From the NCBI RefSeq assembly GCF_001194135.2, contig NC_068986.1, positions 53,734,215 to 53,798,214 on the forward strand: a stretch of 64,000 nucleotides of DNA, read 5' to 3'. The notes under the pieces are model-generated. The model worked only from the letters and a program-made list of their open reading frames with translations, had not been told where the DNA came from and made no database searches. The translations under genes were made by a program, and so were the position numbers. Positions 48,785 to 60,359 of this stretch are shown here, one piece after another. This stretch comes from Octopus bimaculoides. Taxonomy: Eukaryota. The stretch's first letter is position 1, and every line of letters begins with the position of its first letter.

Positions 48785-50670
48785 TAAAATTTTTCCCCTG
48801 GCATGTGTTGGAATCTGTTTTCTGTACATCTTCAGTGTTTATTGCCCCTGTGCATCTGCCACACACAAAAACTATCTTCCTGGTTGACCTTCCTTTAATA
48901 TTGCTGCATCTTTTGTGTATCCATAGCTTACACCGGGTACATCGTATGGAGTTTCTACCCATGCCTTTTCTACAGATCAAGCAGGGCCATCTACCTGAAG
49001 GGGTTTTTGATTTGTCAGCCTTCCTACTTACTAAGATTTTGGTTTTTGTTAGGTTAACTCTAAGGCCCTTCAATTCTAGACCTTGCTTCCACATCCTAAA
49101 CTTCGTCTCTAGTTCTGGTAGTGATTCAGCTATTAGAGCAAGGTCATCAACATAGAGGAGCTCCCAGGAGCAACCTGTCTTGAATTCCTCTGTTATTGCC
49201 TGGCGGACAATAATGAATAAGAAGGGGCTGAGGACAGAACCTTGGTGAACACCTACTTCTACCCAGAATTCTTCACTATACTCACTGCCAACCCCCACCT
49301 TACTGACAGCATCCCTGTACAGGGCTTGTACAGCTCTTACCAACCATTTGTCTATCCCCAGTTTCAGCATTGTCCACCAGATAAGGGATCGGGGGACCCT
49401 GTTAAAGGCTTTCTGCAAGTCAACAAAAGCCAAGTGCAGAGGTTTATCTTTGGTTAGATATTTCTCCTGCAGTTGCTTTACCAGAAATATAGCATCAGTG
49501 GTGCTTCTGCCTGGCACAAAACCAGCCAGCATCTCATCTAGGCTAACTCTCTCCCTAATTAGTTGGGCTATGACCTTCTCTGTAACTTTCATCACCTGAT
49601 CCAATAATTTGGTACCCCTGTAGTTATTTCTATCTAAAGCATCACCTTTACCTTTGTAGCAGTTGACTATGATACTGCTACACCAATCATTGGGTATGAC
49701 TACTTCATGAATTACCTGATTTACGATGTGGGTGACAAGACCATAACCCATATTGCCCAATATTTTAAGCATCCCAGTGGTGATTCCTGATGGGCCAGGT
49801 GCTTTCTCTGTCTTCATATCCTTAATTGCTTTATCTACCAGGGTACTGTTGATTCAGGTAGCTGGTCTCTCAATTGGGTCCACCTTTGGCAAACCCTCCA
49901 CCTCCCATTCATTCTCCACATTTAGCAGTCTTTCATAATGCATCTCCAAGCCTCTTTCTTTGCAGAATCATTAAACGCAAAGGCACCATCATCCATGCAG
50001 ACACATTTCTCTCATACAACATCATGGTTTTCTCTCACACACTATCTTGCAATCCAAAATACTTCAGTTCTTTGGTCCTCACATCACTGAACATTGGCAA
50101 ACTTTTTTTTTTCTGTTACTCCCTTGGCTATATATACCTGTCTCCTAGCTTCCCTTCTGGCTATCTGATACAGTCCCCTACTACCCCAAATCTTCCAGGC
50201 CTGTTTCTTTGCTTTAACGGCCCTGTCTACAGTATTGTTCCACCACCATGTTACCCTAGGTCTGGAAGGGACTTTGCACCAGCCACAGATTTGGTCTGTG
50301 GCACTCAGCAAGCAGTCTCACAGGAATTCCCAGCTGCCTTCTGTGTCACAGGACTGCAGCGCCTCCTCCATCTCATCAAATTTCTCAGTGAGGATATCCC
50401 TAAATCTCTGACCATGTGAAGGTCTCTTAAGCTTCCAAGTCCTTCTTTTCCAGATTGGTCTGCTTTTTGGCATCAAGACTAAAGTCACTAATAACTAGTC
50501 TATGCTGGGAGGGTACATTCTTCACCGGGGAGGGTCTTTGTATTTAAGTGCAACCATGCATCCCTCTGTCTGGTGAGAATGAAATCAATCAGGCTAGCAG
50601 AGTCACCTGATTGATAGGTTATCAGGTGGCTGGCTGGCTTCCTAAAGTTGGTGCTGCAGATCAATAGGTT
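48785..50670 (-). mobile_element. RTE-clade LINE fragment: end of AP endonuclease, linker, RT and PHD-type finger; lacks thumb/C-terminus
   Basis: ORF 48729..49817: KAPGPSGI, YKGKGDALDRNNYRG, GFVPGRSTTDAIF, AFVDLQKAFNRVPR, GVHQGSVLSP, LLYVDD. Upstream frames give TWWWN and SLIDFILTR (APE). Confidence 0.93.
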
Positions 50671-51020
50671 AACCCATGCCAGCATGGACAACGGGCATTA
50701 AATGATGATGATTATATATTTAAATATATAGTTGTCCTGCTTCCCCTGTAAAGGTAACAGCTCTACCCTTTCATGATACCCTTAAAACCAGGAACTTTTC
50801 AGTATCCCCTTGTGTGTGTGTGTATATATATATATTTGTAGCATGGAAAGCGGACGTTAAACGATGATGATGATATATATATTGTATCAAATAAATGTAT
50901 CCTGTAATATTTATTCTTCTTGACTTGCACTGACACTGTCTTATGACTGATGCCATTTGAAATGTTATAAAGTAAAGGTCTGTGACAAAATAATTTTTCT
51001 GTTACCCTGTTATTTTATAG

Positions 51021-51154
51021 GAATCAAAAGTGTTCATGCTGATCATGTAAGCAGTCATATTGGCAAGGCATATGGAATCATCACTCAACTGCGTGGAGTA
51101 CCATATCATGCTTCAAAGCGAAAAATATATCTTCCATTAGATGTCCTCATCAAG
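51021..51154 (+). CDS. NDUFAF6: NDUFAF6 exon 7 (IKSVHADHVSSHIGKAYGIITQLRGVPYHASKRKIYLPLDVLIK)
   Basis: 134 nt, AG/GT bounded. Contains HADHxxSHIGKA and PYH...LP motifs; embedded in ORF 50957..51211. Confidence 0.95.
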
Positions 51155-53808
51155 GTATGTTATTATCAGTGTCTTTTTTTTGTTTTTTGTCTTTTACCTT
51201 ATATGGTTTGATCTGAAAGAAAGTGTTGTGCCAATGGCTTTTGTGAACCCTCCAACTCCAGTAAGATTGATGAGGTTAATGTTCTCTTTGAATAGTTGAA
51301 TACTTACCACTCTAGTCGCAGATTAAGGACAACTCCTGTGTTGTGTGCATTTCAGTTGATCCTTGTTGAAAGTTAGTAGTTGTTTGGGTCTAAAATATTT
51401 TTTTCATCCTGAAAAGACATCCCATTTGTGACCCTATCCTGCTTTTATTTCTGGATAGCCTAGTATTGTTCTGGAGGAAATATATTTTAATATAATAATA
51501 ATAAAGGCCAACGTTTTGAAGGAAGAGAGATAGAGTTCGATGTTCTGGGTTTAGCATTACCACCTGGCATCTTTGATGCCTTTAACAGAGTCTGCTTTAT
51601 CATGACTGATTTGGAGATAAACAACAACAATTGTTTTATTAGAAATATGGTAATGAGAAGGTTAGCCTGTTAGGACTGAAAAGTAAAATCAACTTCTGCT
51701 GAACTTGAAATCTGAACATAAAGAAATGTTTTGAAATACTGCAAATGCAGTGTATTTAATTATTTAATATTGTATCTCAGTTTTTCTGCCACCCTACCAA
51801 CCTAAGAGGTAAAAAACAAGTGTTTCAACCCATGAAGAATGAAAGACATAGTTAACTCAGGTAGGCCAGTTGACTCAGAATATAGAACACTGTAATGAAC
51901 CACTGTTAGCTAATTTAATCTATTGCTCTACAAATCTTACATTCTGAAAATTCACTGTCATAATTATTTCTTACACTTCCGCATATTGAAAGAGGAGAGA
52001 ATACACTTGGGTTTTATTTATCTATTATTATTAAGGAGGTAGCATGTGGAAGAGGCAGACATGGGATGAAGAGATGAGAAAAGATCTTCAGACACTAGGC
52101 CTCACAGAGGAGCTGACAAGAGACTGAGATTTCTGGCATTTTGCTGTGCTTGAGAAGACATGCCAAACTAAGTAAAATCATGGCTGTTCATGCATACAAG
52201 CCTCTACATCGTTCTTTCAGCCAAGAGATCCTAGTCTTGCAGACTCGGGTAGTTGGTGTCTCATAAAAGCACCTGTGCTTTTAGGGATTGAAAAACAAAT
52301 ATGATCTCTGTTGAATTTAAACTCAGAATGTAGAGGGATGAAACTAAATACTCTAAGGGATTTAGCCTGGCTGTCTAATATTTCTACCTCTCTAAGGATT
52401 TCTTATACAGGTCCAAGAACATTGGTTTAAGGAATGAAGTTATGTAGTTTTCATGCTTTCATTAAAAGCTTTAGTCACATAAAATGGATACAATGTGTCA
52501 TTGAAACCTGGCTGTATTTGTTGCTAGAAACTCATTTCTATTCTTATTGGTGGCACTGCTTCCAGTTAACGTAATATTGAGTCAATGACCAGACTACAAT
52601 TTTACAGGAAAAAAGGAAATGACACTTAGCAATGTTCACGGCTTTTTTAGGACATTAACAGTATAAGTATAATAATTGTTGTTGCTTACACCAAAATCAT
52701 TTCTGATTTAGAAGACTTAGTGTTAAAGGCACTCCTGTCGTGACTATCCAACCTTTTCATAGATCTAGGACTAAACTGTGGAACGCTTTTGATATTTTTA
52801 AGGTGATTATGTGTGGTTGAGGGAGAAATGTTTGCTATTTCTTGCAGGCTGAGTGGCTCCTGACCTTCAGCTAAGATCTGAATGTATTGCTATGGTAACA
52901 TCGATATTGTTGGGACATGAAGTATTCAATAATAACATTAAAAAAGATATTGAAATGTTACATTCATTATCTTCATTATCATTTAACGTCCGTTTTCCAT
53001 GTTGGCATGGGTTGGATGGTTTGACTGACAATTTGTAAGCTAGGAAGCTGTACCAGGTTCCAATATGATTTGGCATGGTTTCTACAGCTGGATGCCCTTC
53101 CTAATGCCAACCACTCCAAGAGTTACCTTAGAAATATTTAATTAGTCCTGATATTTCAGGTAAAATACCTTTTTTCAATAATGTTCAGAGCACAAGTGTG
53201 AAATACATCCAGTTTGCACACTCATCTTGCCAGAAGTTTTATCTCTTTTATTTTTATATATTTTATTTTATTTTATCTATTTTAACCATGAGATTATAGA
53301 AAATTATAATGTATAAACAAAAGAGAGTATAAAACATAGCCAGATGAGTGTCTATGAGAAAGGCCAAAATTGACAGCAAGGTCTCGGTGACCTCTTAAGG
53401 TCAACTAGTTAAAACTTCTTAAGAGGCCTTATTTGTATTTGTGGTAACAGTTATTATAACTGTTACAAAATAACAACAGCAAAAAAAGAAATTATCTTTT
53501 AAATGGAAAAAAAAAACATTGATTTGTAAAGTAGTAATTTACACAAGACAGGAGCTGTAATCTATTTAATAAATGCTGTATAAATAATTAACATGTACAG
53601 AGAAAACAGGTATTACATGATTCAGTAGATGAGTAGGAATCAATAGTATCTGTTTGAAGTAAAAGGCTATTTCTATTGTATTGTATTGATTTTTTAAAGA
53701 AAGATGTAGACATAATTATAGAGGGCTATAACAACAGCAATATAGTTGAAACATTAAGCATTCAATAATAACAAAAAACAAAGGTATTGAAATAGTATTT
53801 TAGAAATA

Positions 53809-54050
53809 GAAATATTTTATTAATCATAATATTTTGGGTAAAATATTCTTTTTCAAAAGTGTTTAGAAAACCTGAGAGATATACTTCCATTAGGCTGCCA
53901 TGATGGTTCTGTATTGATGTTTTATTTTTAGAAATATTTAATTAATCATAATATTTTAGGTAAAATACTCTTTTTTCAGAAGTGTTAAGAGAACATGACA
54001 GATATACTTCCATTAGGTTAGCATGGTGGTTCTGTGTTGATGGCTCTTTT
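53809..54050. repeat. Diverged 122-bp tandem duplication
   Basis: GAAATATTT.ATTAATCATAATATTTT.GGTAAAATA...GATATACTTCCATTAGG...GGTTCTGT.TTGATG begins at 53809 and again at 53931. Confidence 0.85.
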
Positions 54051-54609
54051 TTTAATTATTTATAACTATTTTCCTACTCACCAGTATTTGGATAAGTCTC
54101 AAAAACCCTGAAGGAGTTGTTGAAGTATCACAGAAGGGCCCATCTCATAGAGAGTCAGCCTCATAGAGTACATCTTTCTTCAGGCTAATGACTGCAAATG
54201 GAGGAGGCTTATCACAACTCTAAGTGTTTATGCAAGAATAAGAAGCAAAACGGACTCAGTAATCCTTACTGAGTCATTGCATCACCCGTGAAGACTTTGT
54301 CTTTACATAATACATGAAGAAAAAGTCAATCTGGTGGAACTTATCCTTCCTCGAACAATTGACTATGGCTGAAAGTTTCAGGTATGCTGTCATCATTATC
54401 ATTTAACATCTGTTTTCCATGCTGGCATGGGTTGAATGGTTTGACCAGTGCTGGTAAAGCTAGGTGCCACACCAGGCTCCATTGTCTGTTTGGTATGGTT
54501 TCTATGGCTGGATGCCATTTCTTATGCCAACCATTCCACAAAATGGTGTACTAGATGTTTTTTATGTGGTACCAGCACCAATGCTTTTAATGTGGCATCA
54601 GCACATGAT

Positions 54610-55320
54610 ACCCATCAAAGACCCAGATGTTCCAGTCATGATGATGTGGTCTTCATACTAGCAAAAACGCTTTCATACACACACCCAGATCAAATGTAAT
54701 GATGACAAAATGCTGTCCAACTTCTCATGAAGCTTCTTCTGAGCACTTTAGGCATTCCTGTATGACTCTAATGTCTGTGGTTGGGTGAGGTATGATCGGA
54801 TAATACTCAATGGTTATCAGTTGTACAGGAGCATCTCCAGTTAGTGAAACATATCCCCTCCAGCCGGGCACTCACTGCTTTCTACCAGTACTGTGTAGGT
54901 GAACAATGATCCAGAGAAGATTTTTCTGCAGTTCACTCGCAATCTCTCTCTCACCATCATCAATCAACTTGTCGACTACCTCAAATTGTGGAGATTTGCA
55001 TTTTCCCATGTAACACTCTGGAAGGGCTTGCTCAGGCACTAACTTCAGTGATCTCTGCCCTGTTCATGTACGCTGCATAGCTGGCTGTGTTCCTCCAATA
55101 TTTCCACTTTGATCTGGATTGAACTCCTGAAGCACAATCCCATGCGCTCGATGGACACTTCTAACTCCATACAGATCATGGACAAACACATCAAAGTTGT
55201 CAAAATCTGAATGGAATACTGAGGGACAAGATGGATGTCGAATGATACTGAGAAGCAGTAAACTCGAAGCTGTAAAAGTGGGCATGGTTGAAAAGTTTAT
55301 GGGGGTATCTTGCATCCCAG
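54610..55320 (-). mobile_element. Academ-like DNA transposon, transposase fragment (pseudogenised)
   Basis: One frame with four TGA stops: FHSDFDNFD...GVRSVHRAHGIVLQE...VPGWRGYVSLTG...TIEYYPIIPHP...QECL...EVGQHFVIITFDLGVCMKAF. The DNxD...H..GI..Q and TFDL motifs fit Academ transposases as I recall them. Confidence 0.7.
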
Positions 55321-55589
55321 TTTTTTTTCTTTTTTTCTGGCAACATCAATTTTCTGACTTGTTAGACCCAGGGCTACATGAAAATACTCATTAAAGTAAA
55401 TTACAAGGGGCAGGGTGCACCATGACCCCCACTAACCCATGACCTATAAGTACTGGATTGGTTTGTTTCAGCAGTACCCCAGCATGATCACAATCCAAAA
55501 AGAATTCTTAAAGAACATTTCTTTACAATTTTGAATGGGGATTTATTTGATAAACAAATGAACACACTTACTTGAGATAAGAACTTCAT

Positions 55590-56230
55590 AATCATCATCA
55601 TCATCATCATTTAATGTCCATTGTCCATGCTGGCATGGGTTGGACAGTTTAACCAGGGCTGGTAAGCTGAAGGGCTGCACCAAGTTCCAGTCTGACTTGG
55701 CAGGGTTTCTGTAGCTGGATGCCCTTCCTAACGCCAACCACTCCAAGAGTGTAATGGATGCTTTTATGTGCCAGTTACATGACACCAGTATCTGTTATAA
55801 CTACAATTTCACCTGGGTTGGCAGATCTTCCTTCTCAAGCACAGCATATTGCCAAAGGTTTGGTCATTTGTCATTGCCTCCATGAGGCCCAGCTTTTTAT
55901 GTGCCACTGGCACGGTTGCTAGTTCTGTGATGCCAGCATTGGCCACATTGCCTCGTGAGGCCCAATGCTCAAAAGGTGTTTTTTATGTGCCACCAGCACA
56001 GATACCAGTTATGTGACACAAACAACAACCACAACTATGATATCACTTGGCTTGACAGGTCTTTTGCTAGCATGGTATATCACCAAATGTCTCAGTCGCA
56101 AGTCATTGCCTCTGTGAGGCCCAGCATTTGAAGATCGTGCTTCACCACCTTACCCCATGTCTTCCTGGGTCTCCCTCTTCCACAGCTTCCTTCCACTGGT
56201 AAAGATCAGTACCTCTTCACACAGCTGTCC
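55590..56230 (-). mobile_element. RTE 3' end/UTR fragment with internal tandem duplications
   Basis: (CAT)n tail, GCCCTTCCTAACGCCAACC block, repeated TTTTATGTGCCAC units and a duplicated ORF-end sequence (CATTGCCTC..GAGGCCC). Confidence 0.65.
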
Positions 56231-57842
56231 ACATCCATATGCAAGATTAATTCAAAGATTTCAACCTTTTGGTATTCTGAACTTTAGGAATTTCAATATT
56301 TGTGATTATAGCATTTGGGATTGTGTCATTCCATATTATGGTTACCACCCTTTCTCAACCACCACCACAGCCCTACTAATCATCATCATCCTCATTATTT
56401 AATGTCCATTTTCCATACTAGCATGGGTTTGATGATTTGACAGGAGCTGGCTTGGCAGAAATCTGCACCAGGCTTCACTGTCTGTTTTGGCATGGTTTTT
56501 ACAGCTGGATGCTCTTCCTAATACCAACCACCTTACAGAGTGGAGTGAGTGCTTTTTACATGACACCAGCACCAGTGAACTCTGTTTTGACATGGTAAAA
56601 TTAGTAATAATCCTTACTACAATAGGCACATGGCCTGGAATTTTGGTTTTGGGGTCTAATTGATTATATTGACTCCAGTATTCAACTGGTACTGATTTTA
56701 TCAACCCCAGTATTCAACTGGTACTGATTTTATCAACCCTGAAAGTATGCAAGGCAAAGCAGACCTTGCCACAATTTGAACTCAGAATGTAATGATGTAT
56801 GAAATGCTGCTAAGCATTTTGCTAGGTGCACAAATGATTCTGCTATCTCACTGCTGCCTTACTATTAGTAATAATAATTTCTAATAATGGTACAGTGTCA
56901 CAGAAAGGGAACAGGTGATCAGATCCACCAAATTATTTAACAATTGCTTATAATATTGATTTCAAATTTTGGCACAAGGTGAGCAATTTTGGTGGAAGAG
57001 ATTAGTTAATTACTATGACCCCAGTGTTCAACTGGTACTTATTTTATCAACCCTTGAAAGGATGAAAGGCTAAGTTGACCTTGGCAGAATTTGAACACAG
57101 AACATAAAGTCAGTAGAAATGCTGCTAAGCATTTTTGCTGTTGTGGTAGCAATTGTGCCAACTTGCCACCTTACAAATGCTTGTAATATTGGTTTAAAAT
57201 TTGGCACAAGACCTGCAATTTAGGGGAAGGGGTAAGTCAATTACATCAACCCCAGTGTTCAACTGGTACTTATTTTATCAACCGTGAAATGATGGGCTGT
57301 TATTATTGATGTTGTTAGATGTTGCTTTTAGATTTTAAGACAGTCCTGCAAGAAGATTTTCACTATTAATTATGTGGATACCTTAAATGAATTCAAGTTG
57401 TTTTAACTCTCTATATTGAGACCCCTACCCACCTGTCACCATACTATTTTGTTCATATCCTCAAGACCATGCTGGATCATGTTTAAAAAAATCTAATGGA
57501 TGTCGTATCAGTTGTCTTCTTTTTGTAACTTATGTTAACTTTAATGCAAACAAGCTAACAAAGGAGGCTTCAGGTAGTCACTCAGCCTGCTAGAAATATC
57601 AGCCAAATCTCCCTCAAATTACATCCTGTCATCTTAGAAAAGGGAAGGAGATGTTGAATCGTAAAGTTGTGCCAAAACAGAATTTTGATAAAGGCTAGCT
57701 GGTCATGGCTGAGACATCTTTCATCGTAAACCTGCTTGCTCAAGCCTGACCTTGGGTTATACAGCAACAATAACTAAAGTGAGGACAAATATTTTCATGA
57801 CAGTTTTGTTTATATAATATATTTTATTTTATTTTTTGTCAG

Positions 57843-57944
57843 CATCAAGTGTCAGAAGAAGCTATTGTACGTGGAAGAGATGATCAAAAAGTAAAAGATG
57901 TTATCTATGACATTGCTTGCGCTGCTCATCAACATCTCAAATTG
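57843..57944 (+). CDS. NDUFAF6: NDUFAF6 exon 8 (HQVSEEAIVRGRDDQKVKDVIYDIACAAHQHLKL)
   Basis: 102 nt, AG/GT bounded. Contains the DVIYDIAxxAHxHL motif. Confidence 0.95.
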
Positions 57945-57954
57945 GTAAATATAT

Positions 57955-58330
57955 ATAAGCATAGTTGCGTGGTTAAGAAGCATGCTTCCCAACTATGTGG
58001 TTGTGGGTTCAGTACCACTGCATGGCACCTTGGGCAAGTGTTTTCTTTTATAGTTCTGGCTTGACCAAATCCTTGGTAGTTGGAAATTGAAAAAAAAGAC
58101 ATTGTATATGTATGTATGTTTGTGTGTGTGTCTCTCCTTGTGTTGACATCATATGATATTTGTTGTAAACAAGTGTCACTTACATGTAAGTGGTGTGTTT
58201 GTTTTCAGTCTTTCATGAAAACATGTCTGACAATGGAGAGAATATTACCTTACTTGTAAACAACTGAGGGTTGGTGACAGGAAGGGCATCTTGTCATAGA
58301 AACTTTGCCTCATCAAGTTCCTTTAAGTAT
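57955..58330 (+). mobile_element. Composite SINE: same CORE head + microsatellite + RTE-UTR-type body
   Basis: GTGGTTAAGAAGCATGCTTCCCAAC...GCACCTTGGGCAAGTG, (TG)n, then GGGTTGGTGACAGGAAGGGCATC block. Confidence 0.7.
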
Positions 58331-58550
58331 ATATAGTTTTTGTCTTTGAGACTGAAAACTCTTCACAAGTCAATCCTCAGTGGTCTCAAGTTTTGTATGT
58401 GACACATGTTAAGTTTAAGTGTTATACACAGAATTCAAGAACCCTGTGTAACTTTTGAAATGTTTCAGCTTGAAATATAAAATATATATATATATACTCT
58501 AATCAATACATACTCTTTTTCTCCTATTTGTAAACATAAATGTATTTAAT

Positions 58551-59601
58551 TATCTAACAAGTTGAGTAAAATGTAAGTAACATTTTGAACCATGAAGAAT
58601 TTGTACTGTATTTTTTTCACTATTGTTACAATCATCTGAAATGGAATTGCCAAAGCGCGATATTTGAGCAATTTTGCTGTTCAATTTCAAAAAAGGACGT
58701 AAAGCTGCTGAAACCACTTGCAGTATTAACAAAACATTTGGTGAGGAAATGACCAGCGAGTGGTTAGCCCAAAAATGGTTTAAACAATTTTGCAGTGGAG
58801 ACCTGAGCCTTGACAATCGCAAGCATAGTGGATGCCCATCTGTCATCAATGATGGTCAATTAAAGACCATCATTGAGAAAGCTCAACAAATGGGTACCAC
58901 ATGATTTGAATAAAAATAAGAAAATGCGCAGATATGAAATTTGCTTGTTGCTTCTTCTCTGTAACCAGACCGATCCATTTCTTGAGCGTATTGTAACTTG
59001 CGATGAAAAGTGGATTCTGTATAATAATAAAATATGAAGCACTAAAAACCTTCCCTAAACCCAAGCTCTTCAAAAAGAAGGTTGGACTCCTCCACTATAA
59101 CTTCTTAAAACCTGGAAAAACCATTACTGCAGAAACATTTTGCCATGAAATTGCCAAAATAAATGAAAAACTGCTATTCTTCCGTCCCAGACTGGTCAAC
59201 AGAAGAGGGCCAATCATTCTTCATGACAATACTCGACCACACATTTCACTAATGACTCTCCAGAAGTTGAAGGAACTTGGCTTCAAAGTTCTTCCCCACT
59301 CAATTTATTCTCCAGACCTTTCTCCTACCGACTACCACTTTTTCAAGCACCTTGATGGTTTCCTGCGAGAGAAGTACTTCAAAAATCAAACCGATGCTGA
59401 AAGTACATTCAAAGAGTTCACCAACTCCAGAAATCCAGATTTTTATGTTACTGGAATAAACAAACTTGTAACTCATTGGCAAAAGTGTGTCGATTGTAAT
59501 GGTACTTACTTTGATAAATGAAATTTCCACATTGTTGAAATATATTGTGATGAATTTCATGTTTCAAAACGTTGCTTACTTTTCACTCAGCCTGACAGAT
59601 A
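58551..59601 (+). mobile_element. mariner (DD34D) element, internally deleted
   Basis: HTH region (LFNFKKGRKAAET...KWFKQF.SGD.SL), TCDEKW, HDNTRPH, YSPDLSPTDYHFF with D-34-D spacing. 46-nt terminal inverted repeats including TA (58551-58596, 59556-59601; 37/46 match). Confidence 0.93.
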
Positions 59602-60019
59602 TAAATATTGAGTCATTGGAACAGAAGGCAGATAGAAAGCTTTATCTGGCTGAGGTCAAATTTTCGTCAAACAAATCGACCCCTGTGCTTATTATTATCT
59701 TTTTAACCCTAATACTTATTCTATCAGTCTCTTTGTCGAACTGCTAAGTTATGGGGATGTAAACACTTCAACACCAGTTATGAAGTGGTGGTGGGGGACA
59801 AGCACAGATACAAACACACATACACACGCACACTAGGTACCATGCAATGAGACTGAACCCAGAACCATGTGGTTGGGAAGCAAACTTCTTACCACACAGC
59901 TACATCTGCACCTATCTATCTTTCCTTTCTGTCTGTCTGTCTGTCTGAGGGATAAGTTATCCTGGTGGATACCATATCTCTCAAATTGGTTTTGATGTCG
60001 GCTATCCACAATGTTCCTT

Positions 60020-60200
60020 ATATAGTTCAAATTTATAGAAAAACAAAAGACAAAGACAGGTGTAGGAACAACAAGCAGTTGTATTAGTTTAACGCTCAGG
60101 AAAAATGGAAAAGGCTTTACGTTTCGAGTCTACGCTCTTCGACAGAAAGGAATAAGGGGTTAAAAATGGAGAGAGAAGGAAAAGAACAGAGAGAGAAAAA
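60020..60200 (-). mobile_element. Penelope-like element terminal repeat fragment
   Basis: Minus strand TTCTGTCGAAGAGCGTAGACTCGAAACGT, resembling the CTGxxGA...CGAAACG signature of PLE pseudo-LTR ends. No coding part seen. Confidence 0.5.
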
Positions 60201-60284
60201 CTGTGTAGAGTTCAGAGTTTAGCAATTTAGATAAGAGTTTTAACTGTTATTTCCAGCAGGTAGACACACTAAGTATGTCCTTTG

Positions 60285-60316
<32 letters not shown>

Positions 60317-60328
60317 GGAAAGAAAGAA

Positions 60329-60359
<31 letters not shown>

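Noticed and set aside
49874-50419. 181-aa plus-strand ORF
   Set aside because: Antisense shadow of the RTE coding region.
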